Shown: positions 1 to 14,394, numbered from the stretch's first letter. The stretch: 64,000 nucleotides of DNA from Antedon mediterranea (GCF_964355755.1 NC_092672.1:16306001-16370000); one strand, 5' to 3'. Translations and numbers: made by a program. Notes: generated by a model not told the origin, from the sequence alone.

Positions 1-69
1 AGAGATGTGTGAGGGTCATCTCTCTCTCTCTCTCTTCGAATGTGAGCAAGCAATAAAGAAAATGAAAAA

Positions 70-575
70 AAAAATAAAGCTCCAGGTAGTGACGGTTTAA
101 CAGTTGAGTTTTATCAACTCTTCTGGTACCTTATCTGTGACCTTGTTTGTGATGCACTAAATTATGGTTTTGTCACACAAGAAATGTCTGTGTCACAAAG
201 AAGGGGAATAATCAACCTCAATCAAAAGGTGATCACAAAGAATTAAATAACTGGGGCCCTATCACTTTACTCAATATTGACTACAAAATAGCTTCTTTTG
301 TTCTTACAACAAGATTACATCTAGTTGCAAAGTCTATAATAAACAATGACCAAAAAGCGTATGTAAAAGGTCGCTTTGGTGGTGACAATATAAGACTAAT
401 AGAGGACATAATTACTTATATGGAAAATGAACAGCTTGAAGGTATACTTATAAGTTTAGATTTCCAAAAAGCATTTGACAGTGTCAATAGATCATTTTTG
501 ATAGAAGCCTTAAATAAATTCAATTTTGGTATTTCATTTGTGAACTGGGTAAAAGCACTGTATAACAATACAAAT
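70..575 (+). pseudogene. L1/Tx1-clade LINE reverse transcriptase fragment, frameshifted
   Basis: Translates to KAPGSDGLTVEFYQLFW, NWGPITLLNIDYKI, DQKAYVKGRFGGDNIRLIED and ISLDFQKAFDSVN (ORF 420-674), which are non-LTR RT N-terminal motifs. Confidence 0.8.
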
Positions 576-956
576 CTAGCTCTTTCTATTATGTTTTTGA
601 TGTTGTTTATATATCTTCATTTTCTAAGTGAGAATTGTTCATTTTCCACAATCCTGGGCCTCTTTCTTCATTAGTTAAACTTATTTTTAAGGATATGGCT
701 TGGTGATCAGACATGATTGACGGCCTGATATCACATGTGTTAACATATTCACATAAGTCGTTTGATATAAAAAAAATAGTCCAACCTTCTGTACGGTTGG
801 GTGGATTTCCTTCCTTCCTTATCTTGAAAACATTGTTAGAAAAACTCGTGACTGATTATAATTAGGTTATCATTTTTAATAAACGATTTAGGTTGAAAAA
901 AAATGATTTGCACATTTGTAGAATTTCATTTGCACATTTAACGTCAAAACTAATCG

Positions 957-1560
957 TTTTTAGTCGCGTGCAACGCGACTCTACAGTTCACTATGTCGGT
1001 CGGTCGGTCGGTAAACACTAACTTGTATATATGGCTTTGTCTTGATACCACTTTCATCTAGCTAAGTCAATTTTTCACAGTATGTTCCTTATGGCCAGGA
1101 AAGGATGTGGTTATGTTTTCACGGTGCGCAATCAAAAATTACGCGGTCTACGCACGATTTAACGAAATCACGTTTGAATCACAATTCAGAATCAAATTCA
1201 TCAGCATGAATCACAATTAAATAAAATTTGGTACTCATAAATGCATAAATCATCATATGGCAATACAATTACGTGCGTAGCGCATGTAACGCATGCGCAC
1301 GCGCGCCTAAAATTTTCAAAATTTATTTTCGATGAAATAAGAGTACGTTTCAAGCACTTTTAAGCTTTAAAAAAATTGCCATCAGTGCGCAGATTTTTGC
1401 ACGCGCACTGCGCGGTAAATGTTAATATGCACTCTTTTTGTCCGATTTCTGTTTTACAACCTTTTACAACCAACTCGAAATTACGTTATACAAGTGACAG
1501 GCTACGCACATACGTGTAAGTTAACAAAATGGTGAAAATATGCTAAATTTTTAAATTAAT
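957..1560 (+). mobile_element. Helentron-associated (DINE-1/HINE-like) non-autonomous element, partial copy
   Basis: Begins TTTTTAGTCGCGTGCAACGCGACT (hairpin) followed by (GTCG)n. The body matches the reverse complement of 44534-45408 and 50960-51772. Confidence 0.65.
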
Positions 1561-2105
1561 ATAGATCGTCAGAATGCTCGGGAACACCTATTTTGCATTT
1601 CATTTTCTTAAAGTATAGCCTATGTATGATTTATTATGACATTAAGAGAAAAAAGGTTGATTAAGTCATCATTAATTGCATATTAAATTTTTTTTAATAA
1701 TTTCGAAAATCAAACAAATTATGACATTTTCATAGGCCGAAATAACAAACTTAACATTAACTTTATTCCTTAAATTGTTCATATATTAAATTTAATAGTA
1801 TATAATTTGACAGTGCATAATTTTTTATATTTTTAAAGATTTCATCATAGTAACAAGTTATAATTCATTGCGGTATGTAATAATCTATCTACACCAAAGT
1901 GGTTACTGATTAGTAAATACACGGAGGAGTCTTTCTACAACTTTTAGTTTATACCGAGATCGAGTCCCACCTTGGGAAAAGAAACGAAATAAGAAGCTTA
2001 GAGACATAACAGCTTCCTCAATATGTCTGCTGTTTCCAGGATGGCCGACATCTTAAATTTTCATGCCATTTTTTTTTTCACTCTACAGCTCACAATGTCG
2101 ATCGG

Positions 2106-5100
2106 GGGTGTGTAGAAAGCGACGACCTCGAATTGGACGACCCCAACGACCCGGGCGACCTCGAATTGGACGACCTAGAATTGGACGACCCATAACACGA
2201 AACCGACGACCCCTATAGCCTAGCCTAGCCTAGGCCTAAGTGTGGTATAACATCCCGAAGCCGAACATAGCTAAAGATCTTTAAACCATACCTTATATTA
2301 ATACTCGCAAGCAAGCAATTGATTGAAAAAATACAGAAATATCGCCATTTCATACTGAATGTGTCCACACGAACAAACGAACAGATATGGAACGCCAAGA
2401 GAAGATTCTGGGTTTAAAATTGCTTTTAAATATCGTTTATTTATTAAATAAAAAATATCATAACAATATAGACATGTCAGAATGAAGAACTAATAACGAG
2501 AAATTAAAAAAAATTAATTTCATATAAATTTTAGGGTAAATTCATGGAAAGTCTGTTTTTCAGCAGCTTAGGGAAGCTCATTAATATTCATGAGATATTC
2601 ACAAAATCACGTCATCAGTGGATTCCAAACTCGCGACGTCATGTACGTTGTGTTTGTTAACTTCAAATCTCTCTCCCGTCATCAAACGACAACCACCCGA
2701 TCATTGTGAAATACATTTTTTGTAGATTTTCTAAGCTAGGCCTAAAGTGTAATAATAACAGTAGTAGCATATATTTATTTGACATAAATACAACATTTAG
2801 TAAAGATTACGGAGTCTTAAATTATATACTATTTTTATACCTCGAATAGTACAGATCGTATTATCGGCTTCACGTACTAGGCTAGGCCTAGCCTAAATCA
2901 TTTGTTTTCATGGGTGAGAGCCATTCTGACTAGGGATTCCATGCCACGATGGCTACGTTAAAACATTGGGGCCCATCATGGGCCTAGCTAGCCTACTAAA
3001 CGATTGGCCCATAATAATAAAACTCGGTGGATTCCAAAACCTATCCTATCAACCAAACTCCTAAACAATCTAAACCTAAAACATTCTACAAAATCGGCTG
3101 TAAATATTGAGACAAAAAAGGTACGATCGCCGTCCGCACGTATGGTGTCCCGATCGTCTAAAAGTAGGCCTAAAATAGGCCTAGTTTACTCTCCAAAAAA
3201 GCAGATACTGCATCAAGCAAGTAGACCAGGTAGTAGGAAGGAGACCTAGCCGATTCGGTCCAGTTAAAAATTGAGCTAGCTAGTGTAGTAGACCCTATAT
3301 GCGAATTGATACTACCAGGCCTTTTAATAAAGTATTATAGGCTTGTTAAAATTAAGGAGGAGCTTCGTATTTTTCCGATTTGTTTAGCTTGCGTTCCATG
3401 TTTTTTTTTTTTTTTTTTTATTTTTTTATATAAAAGACAGTTTTGTGTGTAAACGAATAGAACTTGTAATTTGAATTATACGGTGGCCCACAACTGTCAC
3501 GCACACTATAACACAGAATTACACAATTAAAGAAGGAATTACACAATTAAAGAAGGAATCACACAATTAAAGAAGAAATCGCACAATTAAAAAAGAAATC
3601 GCATATAAACAAAAGAAAGCATGAAAATACAAAACGAAATGCACAAATAAAGAAGAAACGCACAATTAAAGAAGAGCTAAGCACAATTAAAGAAGTCCGC
3701 AACAAATTCGAAAGCTCCTCGCACAATTAAAGAAGTCTGCAACAAATTTGAAAGCCCCTCGCACAATTAAAGAAGTCCGCAACAAATTCGAAAGCTCCTC
3801 GCACAATTAAAGAAGTCCGCAACAAATTCGAAAGTACCTCACACACAATTAAAGTACAGTAGTCCGTATGGAACGCCATTGCTGCCTCCGGCAGGAAACT
3901 TTAATTCTATTCGGCTCTTTTACCATTACGTTCGGCTCTTTTAGCATTCGGCGCATTTATATTCGGCCCATTTACCATTACGTTCGGCTCTTTCAGCATT
4001 CGGCTCTTTTTTATTCGGCCCATTTACCATTACGTTCGGCTCTTTCAGCATTCGGCTCTTTTTAATTCGGCCGTTTTTTATTCGGCTCTTTCTGCATTAC
4101 GTTCGGCTCTTTTTGATTTGGCCCTTTTTTATGCGGGGCGCAATTAAATTCTAACCTTTTACATGGGGTCAAATGGAAGAAAATCAACGGCTGGAAATGA
4201 GTCTATGAAAAGTTTACAAAACATATAGATGCAGCATGTAGAGTGTTTGGTTGGTTGAATTAAATGAATTTGAAGGCTATTTCAATATAACTAAATCATT
4301 TTATTGACATGATTAATGACTGTGTTAGTTAGAGAACTTGCAATTGTCCTACCTTATTGACCATTTTGAGAGAGAAAAGGTTTGATTTATGGCCTAGGCT
4401 AGCTAGGCCTCGCCTAGTGTCAGCCAAACATTTAATAATAATAATTTACCCTTTCTCTCTCAAAATTTGTTAAAAGATGAATTAATTTAGGTTATTCAAC
4501 ACATCTTTAATCGGTTGGCTACTCATGGTTGGCGCCATGATGATGAAATGTTTGTAAACTTTTCATAGACTCATTTCCAGTCGTTGATTTTCTTCCATTT
4601 GACCCATGTCAAAGGTTAGATTTTAATTGCGCCATATAAAAAAATGCCGATTTAAAAAAAGCCCAACGTAATGCAGAAAGAGCCGAATAAAAAAGGGCCG
4701 AATCAAAAAGAGCCGAACGTAATGTTAAATGGGCCGAATAAAAAAGAGCCGAATGCTGAAAGAGCCGAACGTAATGGTAAATTGGCCGAATAAAAAAGAG
4801 CCGAAAGCTGAAAGAGCCGAACGTAATGGTAAAAAATGGGCCAAATAGAAATGAGCTGAATGCTGAAAGAGCCGTACGTAATGGTAAAAAGGCCGAATAG
4901 AAATGCGCCGAATGGTAAAAGAGCCGAACGTAATGGTAAAAGAGCCGAATAGAATTAAAGTTTGCTGCTGCCGGAGGCAGCGATGGCGTTCCATATGGAC
5001 TACTGTACTCTAATTGTGCGAGGTACTTTCGAATTTGTTGCGGACTTCTTTAATTGTGCGAGGTACTTTCGAATTTGTTGCGGACTTCTTTAATTGTGCG

Positions 5101-8100
5101 AGGAGCTTTTGATTTTGTTGCGAACTTCTTTAATTGTGCGAGGAGCTTTCGAATTTGTTGCGGACTTCTTTAATTGTGCTTAGCTCTTCTTTATTTGTGC
5201 ATTTCTTTTTATATTTTCATGCTTTCTTTTGTTTATATGCGATTCCTTCTTTAATTGTGTGATTTCTTTTTTAATTGTGTGATTTCTTTTTTAATTGTGT
5301 GATTCCTTCTTTAATTGTGTGATTTCTTTTTTAATTGTGTGATTCCTTCTTTAATTGTGTGATTCCTTCTTTAATTGTGTGAATATGATTTATATAGTGT
5401 GCGTGACAGTTGTGGGCCACCGTAGAATTATACCCCACTGTGCAATAATTGGCTATTTTCTAAAAGATTAACTCACACTAAAAAAGAATCGTTTAAATAT
5501 CAGGGATGAATATACTTTTTATTTAACAACATGAAGAATAGGAAAATTGTTGCCCGCACCTGGCAAAAAATCGGGAATTACGGTCGGTCGCGATTTTGAC
5601 ATTTTTTGTTTACTTTACAAGTTTAATTTGAAAGAGGTTATTGTTATACTTAGTAGCCTTACCCTCACATACCCCACATGCCGCCTGTTTGCAGAATTTC
5701 GTAAAATCACTTTTTAGGGGATACCCTTCCTGGTACTAGTAGGCCCAAAACACCTTTAAAGTGCAAGGCTATGTAAATGACAGCTAAAAAAAGTTCGACC
5801 TAGGCCTAGCATTTGCCGATGATTATTCAACATAATTATTGCAACTTAAGTCAAATTGATTTCTAATTGTTTTGATCCACTCCATAATAATAACGATTTT
5901 TGACAACTGATTCGTGTGTTGAAAAGACTTTTAATGGCTTGGATTAACTAATTTGATACATCGTTATCATTATAGGTAGCTATTTGATGTTTAGTATGCA
6001 GTAAAATCGTATTATTAACTTATGTGTATGGGAATATTATTTTTTAGGCTTAAATTATTTTTTTTGGAACAACTAAAAAAATAAAGAATAATTCTCGAAA
6101 ATACAAATTGCGATGCGACCCGATTTTTTTTCTCGCGATTTACGGTCGGTTACGGAGGGCAACACAACCATTTTTGTTTGGCCTAATATCACAATAAAAC
6201 ATGTGCATAAACCATGTTATCATTAAGAAAATATGTGACCTGCTCTGGCAAAGTGAAAAGTAGGAGATTCTACAAATATTAAGTTACTAAAAGCTTCATT
6301 TGTCTGACTTTCATCTTTACTTTAAATAGAGTACATTTATTGGAAAATAATTTTAAAATGTATTCTGCTGCATCAAACATTTTCCAACATTTTAAAGATC
6401 GTTTACTAATTCTGATTTATTTATAAATCTTTTTTGACTTAAATATTGACATACAGTAGGATTATATTCAGTACGGTATAACTTTTTTTTAAAGTTTAAT
6501 GAAATTCTAGGTTCAGTGTATCAATTGGCTCGTGTTCACTTTAAAGACCATCCATCTGACCCCGCCCCGCACAGACAAGAGCACCGATATCACAGAGAAA
6601 AAAATGTATCGAAAAGAGCTCCATGTCCAAGCGCCTTGAGCATTTTCGAGCGGATACGTGCGCTATATAAATCTTATTCATTATCATTAAACTTACTTTA
6701 AAACCTATATTTTTTAGTACGACTTATGCTTGCCATTGAAAGTTGAAGATGATTTAAGTCGAAAAATACAACAAATTACGACAAATAATTATTAATATGT
6801 TAATTAGCGTGATGCAACAATTTAAAGGAAACTACGAAGCATATTGCAGCATTATAATTATTATTACTATTTTACTCATTTATTTGTTTAATTTCCTTTT
6901 ATTTTCAATTTTATTTATTACTGAAGGTAATAATAATAACGATGATACGTTATGAGTACTATTATTGAGTATATGTGTATAGTAAATGTAAAGACTTAAA
7001 CAAATGGTTGATAACAAACATGGCATTTTACGATTTTGTATAATAAATAATTGTATCTTTGAAAAATAACTACTGATTTAGCAAGCCAGGTTTTATCGTA
7101 TTTAATAAAAGAACAAGATAGAAAAAAGAAGTGAAGAAAATACGAGTATCGTTTAGGTTGAATAATACCAACAATATTATGAGTGTATTAAAAGGGAAAA
7201 AATCAACAACATTATAATTTATGCCAAGAAAAACACATAAATGTTTCTTTGAACTATTACAAGTAAGTCGTGGTATATTAAAATGATTCAATATTTTTTA
7301 GAATAAAAAACCTAGTGAAAATTAGACATGTTGTGTTACTGACAAATAGGCCTCAGGTAAAACAGACTATTAAAAATATGTTTTAAAATGGTTGGTACCG
7401 GCTGAGACACTTATAACATGTATCGTTGTATCGTTGTCTCGTTGTTATAAATTAGTTCAATTTGTATACGATTATAAACACAAAATCGTATTGCTTTTGA
7501 TGTCAAATGAGAGTTGTAATATGAACAATAGAAGGGATTTATGTACACATTTTATGCATCGGTTAAAAGGAATGTTGAAGATGATTTAAATCGGAAAATA
7601 CAACAAATCACGATAAATAATGATTAATATGTTAATTAGCGTGATACAACGATTTAAAGGCAACTACGAAGAAAAAAGTATGGTTATTCCAGAATTGCGT
7701 AGAGTAGGAGTTAATTTTAAATAATATTCTTTGTTATTTCCAGTATGGTTTAGTTTTTATTTTATTGGTTATTATCATTTTTATTCTGCCCTTTATTCTG
7801 CCCGTAATTGATCAGGATTTTGCAGTATATAGGAAAATATATGTTGTATAAATAGGTCTGTGTATAAAAGATGGATGGTCAGATGGATATAGATAAGAGA
7901 AATACTTATGTCAGTTGTTAATGATGTTATTAATAAGTTATTGTGTTATATTTGTTTTCATAAAATGTCAGCAATGTGAATTAATGAGTATTCGTCATTT
8001 TAGGCCTAAAACAAATTGTCATGTTGCTCAAGCAGAATATTTGTTTTTTAAATTTGGATCGGTTGGTCGGGATTTTTTTGAATTCACTAAAGACTACGAG

Positions 8101-9364
8101 GACACTATTTAAACAATAGTGTCTGAACAATCTACACACGGTTTGCTTTATACGTCAACAGTTGGAGAATCTAGTGCAGCGGATCCGGAGACTTGGTAAA
8201 ATAGTGTCCGCGTGTGACTAGGGAGAATGCATTAGACCTAAAATTCATTGACTTATAATGTTAAATAGGGAGCACAATTTTTGAAATGTGTTTGTCCGTA
8301 GCCAAAATCGATAAAATTACAGTTTAGAAGGCTCTTTTTAAAACAAAAAAGGCTCATCAAACAAAGAATGTAATAAAATTATAAAGTAAAAAAGTCCCTC
8401 AAAAGCAAAAAAAAAAAACCGATTTTTAAGATTTTGGGTAACATAAATCTCTGAACATTAAAAAAAACAACCTGTAGAAACTATGCAGAATCAACAAAAG
8501 TATGTTATGGTGATTCAAATAATAAACGCTAGTTGCAGCAAGTTTCCCGTAGATTGAGTTATTAAAATGTCAGTCACTAATGTTAGCCTATATTACGAAA
8601 AAAGTATCCGTCCGTTTTATCAATCTATTGAGCATTGTTCATAATACGTTATGTTTATTATGTTCTATAACCAATCACACAATCAATCAAATAAAAGCAG
8701 TTTACAAATGGAGATAAACAAGATTAATTAAATTGAAGAAGGCATGGTCAAAAAGCAGATGATTGTCTTTGTAAACAAAGATGGTATTTCAACAAACATA
8801 TTAAAAATAAATTAATTAATATACATACATGGTTAAACCATGGACGTATAATTACATCTCGTCTTCTTATACCGTAACGAACACTATATACCAAGCAGCG
8901 TGTTGCAAACATGTGCATGGGGAGGGCCATAAGAAAGCTTTACATTTCACACATGCATTGTATACGGTCAAACCTTACCTGCCGCTGAAAAAGGGGCCGT
9001 TTTGACCTGGTTTGCCATGTTTATGATATTTCGTGTGCTAATCGAGTCGAATGCAGTTTTAATGATGCACTCTTGGCGTTCCATATCTGTTCGTTTGTTC
9101 GTGTGGACACATTCAGTATGAAATGGCGATATTTCTGTATTTTTTCAATCAATTGCTTGCTTGCGAGTATTATATAAGGTATGGTTTAAAGATCTTTAGC
9201 TATGTTCGGCTTCGGGATGTTATACCACACATAGGCTTAGGCTAGGCTAGGCTATAGGGGTCGTCGGTTTCGTGTTATGGGTCGTCCAATTCTAGGTCGT
9301 CCAATTCGAGGTCGCCCGGGTCGTTGGGGTCGTCCAATTCGAGGTCGTCGTTTTCTACACACCC
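2106..9364. mobile_element. Mutator-like non-autonomous TIR element with 10-bp TSD, copy 1, enlarged by internal sequence
   Basis: About 300-bp TIRs starting GGGTGTGTAGAAA (2106-2400 and about 9070-9364). Exact flanking duplication TGTCGATCGG at 2096-2105 and 9365-9374. Same family as 57442-62684. Confidence 0.8.
3479..5424. mobile_element. Palindromic non-autonomous TIR element, IS3EU-like (TAYGG ends, 6-bp TSD)
   Basis: TACGGTGGCCCACAACTGTCACGCACACTATA at the left end and its reverse complement at the right. GAATTA duplicated at 3473-3478 and 5425-5430. Arms are built of 20-bp, 40-bp and ATTCGGC tandem units. Confidence 0.7.
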
Positions 9365-9711
9365 TGTCGATCGGTGGGTCGGTCGTTAATGTGGTTGTTT
9401 ACATAAGAATCTTCATCGACAGTAAACCATGCCATAGTTTCGGGCCAGTTTGCATTCCACAATCCGGTCTAAACACATGGTCGTGTTTGGCCAGTCTATA
9501 CGCAGTTTCGAGACAATGCTGTTGTTCTTAACTTGTCTCAACTTGCTTTTCACACCACCTATAAGAAACAATGCTCTCCTATAGCTAGTTTCCATTCACT
9601 ATTGTTCATGAGAAACAATGCTCTTCTACAATCCTTCCCACTATGTGAACTTGCCATTGTTTCTGGCTTTCACACCAATCCCAACCTTTTCCACTTATAT
9701 TCCTGAACTTT

Positions 9712-10402
9712 CTGCTTCCTGAGGACGATCAAAGCATATGTGGCACATGCAACGCGAAATCGGACATAAGTCGCATTTGTAGATTTGTAGAAACAGCCAA
9801 AAACAATAAAAAGCTGAAAAATTACATTTTAAATTTTTTTTACAGAAAATGATTATTTGCTGAAACAATATTTATTTACATTACCTTGGTGTTTTTCTAT
9901 TTTGAGACAAATAAATAAATACAATTTAGCATTTTGTGTGGTATGTTGATTAAAAAGATGGCGTAAATTATGTATAATTTAAAAAAAAAACCTATCATGT
10001 TTATGCTTAAATTGAAAGTGTTCCTCTTGGGTTGATTTGAGTGAAAATTTGGCATAATAATAGAACAATAGTTAATTAACAAAGGTGCGAAGTTTTATTG
10101 AAATAAACAATTAGAATACCCTTTTGCTAAGGCGTAAACTTAAACGCCCTATTAATTTTGTTGTAGTTGTCATTTCCTGTTAATTAACTTTAAAAGCATT
10201 TTTCCCAGAACAATGATTGTAACAGCCAAAACTTTAGACTGAGATATCTCTGGAAGTAGACATGGTATCAAGATGTTTTTTTAGCATTTTAAATCTTAGA
10301 TTATGTAGTTTTTTGTAGTATTTTTGGAAATCTCAATTTTGAAAATCCCGACTTATGTCTGGTTTCCCTTGCATGTGCCACATATTGATCGAAACGTTGA
10401 GA
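9712..10402 (+). ncRNA. Penelope-type minimal hammerhead ribozyme-like motif, split by a MITE
   Basis: Removing 9740-10381 and one ATAT gives CTGAGGA-C-GATCAA-agcata-TTGATC-GAAA-CGTT, i.e. a CUGANGA core, stem II and GAAA. Confidence 0.45.
9740..10381. mobile_element. MITE with GTGGCACATGC TIRs in an ATAT (or TA) duplication
   Basis: ATAT-GTGGCACATGCAACGCGAAATCGGACATAAG at the left and CTTATGTCTGGTTTCCCTTGCATGTGCCAC-ATAT at the right. Confidence 0.7.
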
Positions 10403-10501
10403 AACTCATCAGTTCTTTTCAGAACTAATATACGTGGTGTATTCATGACTCCGCTTGAGTAAGACGTGCCAAACGAGAGCTCCCGATATTACTTTTTCAT
10501 A

Positions 10502-11002
10502 ATGGCTACAACACGTTCAAAAAAGCCTGAAAACGTAAGTTTTGAAGAATTTGTTAAAGAATCTCTTTCCAATATCATGAAATCACAAAATAACCTTGAG
10601 AGTAAATTAGCTGAATCTATTAAATTCAACGAAGAAAGAATTATTGCTCTGGAAAAGGCTCAGTCGCGATACGAAGCTAGGCAGGCGGAATTCGTCAACG
10701 ATTTGCATACAGCTCACAACACAATTGCGTCTATGCAGGCTGAGCTAAACAAGGCTCCAAGGAAAGCCGCCCCATATACTCTTTAAAGTGCTATCATATA
10801 TGTTGACAAAGTAACAATCCTCAAAAACCGACATAAACTCGCTAGTCCAGGTGCCTACATTATAGACGACCTAACCCGCACGGACAGGCAAGAAAAGAAC
10901 AAGTGGAAGACCCAAGTTAAAGCCCTGTATGATCAAGGAATCAAACTTAGGTTCAGAGCCGGGAAATGGCGTTCATCAACTGGTATCCCACATGCGTTTA
11001 AG
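10502..11002 (+). pseudogene. LINE ORF1 (coiled coil plus C-terminal domain), internally deleted and frameshifted
   Basis: MATTRSKK followed by a heptad-rich segment, then PRHILFKV..YIIDDLT..D in another frame. Lies directly upstream of the LINE endonuclease. Confidence 0.6.
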
Positions 11003-11339
11003 TAGTAACCTGTTTGCACAATGATGAACTCTATCCAGCTTCATCTATCCAAGAAGAACTTTTTTTCCCTTGACTTTACATAATTATATCATTTTAAAAT
11101 ATGCAATATCGATTTTCCGTTAGCTGTTCATTATTACTATATTACATCGTATTATTATATCGGAAGCTCCTGTTTTAATTTGCTCCTGTTTTAATTTACT
11201 TCTGTAAATGCACTCTTATCATATCTTGTTTTTTTGTTTTGTTAATGTATTATTATTATTGTTATTATTTACTATATTGTTTCCTATTACCATTTACTTT
11301 ATATTCAGTGATGCTTCTCAAATTGTTAAATCGCTGTCA

Positions 11340-13229
11340 AAATGATGTCTGAGAATTATTTTTGTCATCTCCCATTCCATGATTTTATTATAGATTCTGA
11401 TACTATTAACCATAGTGATATATCTAACATTATTATAAACCCCCTTGCTCATACTGAATATGATAAATTTGATGAACATTCCGCTTGCCAACCAATTAAA
11501 TTCTAGAAATTCGACACTCGAGGATTGTATATACTATGACACTAATCATTTTAATACCACTTTTAGAAAATGTTTCAAATTCCCTAATTTCTCTCTTTCA
11601 TGTTAACATTAGAAGCGTTCAAATAAAACTGATTCCCTTGAACAATTTTTAAATTCAATTAATTTTAAATTTTCTATTATTGGTCTCTCTGAGACGTGGT
11701 TGAATGACACGTCACCTACTCCCTTCTTGCATAATTATTCATTTATATCTAAAAATAGGCAATCTGGTAAAGGTGGTGGCGTAGCTTTTTTCGTAAAAAA
11801 CGATCTTAATGTTAGAGTTCGTCTTGATCTATCGATTTCTCAACCATATGATTCCCTTTTTCTAGAAATAGTACATCCTAATAAAAAAAAATACAATCGT
11901 TGGTGTAATTTACCGTCCTCCAGATGGTAATATTGATCATTTCTCCAAATCCTTCGATGAACTTTTAAATAAAATAAATTCTGAACATAAACCCTGTCAT
12001 ATCATGGGCGATATAAATATTGATATCATAAAATATCAAAATCATATTCAAACTAATAATTATATTGATATGTTACTTTTTCGCTCTTTTTATCCAACAA
12101 TTTCAAAACCTACTCGAATCACACCGACTACCGCCACCTTGATTGACCATTTTTACACCAATATTATTGATACAAAAATACATTCTGGTGTATTTATTTT
12201 TTATATATCCGACCACCTTCCTATCTTTCATATAGTAGATGAAAAATTATACCATACTGACACCGACAATTTACCATCTCGTATAATAGATATTGATGCT
12301 TTGTGTGGTGATTTGGTTGAGGAAAATTGGTCTGAGGTTTACGATTGTGACCAACCCGTATCTTTTGATAAATTTCTTAACACATTCTATAAAATTCATA
12401 ATAAACATATTAAAAATAAATATAATGTATCAAATAAAATGAAAGCAAAACAGTCTTGGATGACACCTGGCTTAATTAAAAGTAGCAAAAAGAAACAAAA
12501 ACTTTATAAAAAATATATTTATTCTCATGATATTCAACATATACTGTAAGTATATACAAAAATTATAAAAATATGTACACTAAACTCTGTCGAACCGCCA
12601 AAAGAATGCATTATATATCAAAATTTCAAAATGTAAAATGTAACCTTAAAAAGACCTGGGCTATAATAAATTCTGTATTAAGACCAGAAAATCGAAACAA
12701 TTTTCCATCCCTCATAAATAACGGTTTTGAAACAATTACATCAACTAAAGAAATATGCGATTCATTTAATAAGTACTTTTCAACAGTTGGTTCAAATTTA
12801 AATAATTCTATGCCTGACCCTCATATTGACCCAATCTCATATTTACCAAATCCAATTTCTCAATTCTTTTTTATAAATCCTGTTACAAAAGAAGAAATAA
12901 TAATTATTGTCAACAATTTAAATCCTAATAAAGGATCTGGTGACGATAATATCACTTCACGTACGATGAAACAAATACTGCCGTAAATAATTGACCACCT
13001 TACCTTCTCTATAAATTGTTCATTCTCATCTGGTGTATTTCCAAATTTATTAAAAATAGCTAAAGTTTTCCCAATCTTTAAGAAAGGTGACAAGGGCCAA
13101 GTTAAACATTACAGGCCTATCTCCCTTCTTAGTGCTTTTTATAAGATCTTAGAAAAACTCATGCACCAGCGACTCTATGATTACCTTACTAAATTCAACA
13201 TTCTTTATACTCACCAATATGGCTTCCGT
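11340..13229 (+). pseudogene. L2/CR1-group LINE ORF2, 5' part (AP endonuclease and start of RT), disrupted
   Basis: HVNIRS, IGLSETW, GGGVAFFV, VIYRPP, MGDINID, TLIDHF, SDHLPIF, GSGDDNI, YRPISLL and HQYGFR in order, with stops and frameshifts. Confidence 0.9.
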
Positions 13230-14394
13230 TGTAAGATTTAAATCTGTCCGGTGTTTGAAAGTGTCCACTGGACAATTTTCAGCATTGAATATTGTAATAC
13301 TAGCTGTTGAAAATGGCCGCAACCACCCGGGCAGCTTTCATCGATAAAAAAGTAGGACCATCGAGACATCGACATCATATTAACCCCGTAAAAACTAGGG
13401 CACTGGACGTTCACCAACTCCCGTTAGGGTAATTATAATTCCTTAGAATACCAACTTGAATCGCAAAATATCAAGTGGATTGAAATAAATATTACTATTA
13501 TTATATCTGGAGACATATAGTCTAATCAAATTAAATTGTTTGTTTTTGATTGAGTATATACAACCTGTTGTCAATTTGAAGTAAATCGACAACTTGAAAA
13601 ATATATAGCCTACTGTATTATTATTTCGAGGGAATGAATATCACTAAATCATATAGGCATAGGGCCTACCTATTTCGTTATCTCGAAATATTATTTCATT
13701 TGAAATTCGAATTACTACTTCGCGAGAGAACGAAATAATTTCCCTCGAAATTATTTCGTTCTCTCGATCATCATCATCATCATCATCATCATTCCTTGTC
13801 TCGAAGTAGTAATTCGTTTTTTATATTATTCAGTTCTTGAAATCTTATTTTGTTCTCCCTAAATATATTCGTTCCCTCAAAATATTTTTCAGTTCTCAAA
13901 ATATTATTTTGTAATATTCATAATACTGCTACTAATTTAATAATATCAACTGATAACAAAAGTTCTTTAAACAAGTAAGTTCGTCATTGTTAAAGTCAGT
14001 TCTTTTTCATTATATTTTTTTCACAGATGCCTGATTTTTGTTTTTATTTAATAAAACATTGAATTGGTTAGTCACAATATTTGCTTTGTTTCTAGAGACT
14101 TTACATTATTTATTTATTTATCTAAAATACATTTGAAAAATATTGTTGATGCATATTACCAAAAAATATTTGTTTTTTATATTTTATATGGCAAAATAAA
14201 CACCTTAATTGCGCATCATAATTATTCGTTCACTCAAGGGTATTTCGGTTTTTTGTTTTTTTCGAATATTAGGGTATTTCGTTCCCAATACAAACAGTCC
14301 AATACCGTTATACATCAAATTTATAGAATAATGGCTTATATTGAAATGAAGCGTTTAAAACGTCTTTGCCACAATGTCTGTACATGCAGCTGAG

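Noticed and set aside
3868-4994. Paired ORFs 3868-4065 and 4725-4994 as duplicated genes
   Set aside because: They are translations of mirrored ATTCGGC tandem repeats with no protein motif.
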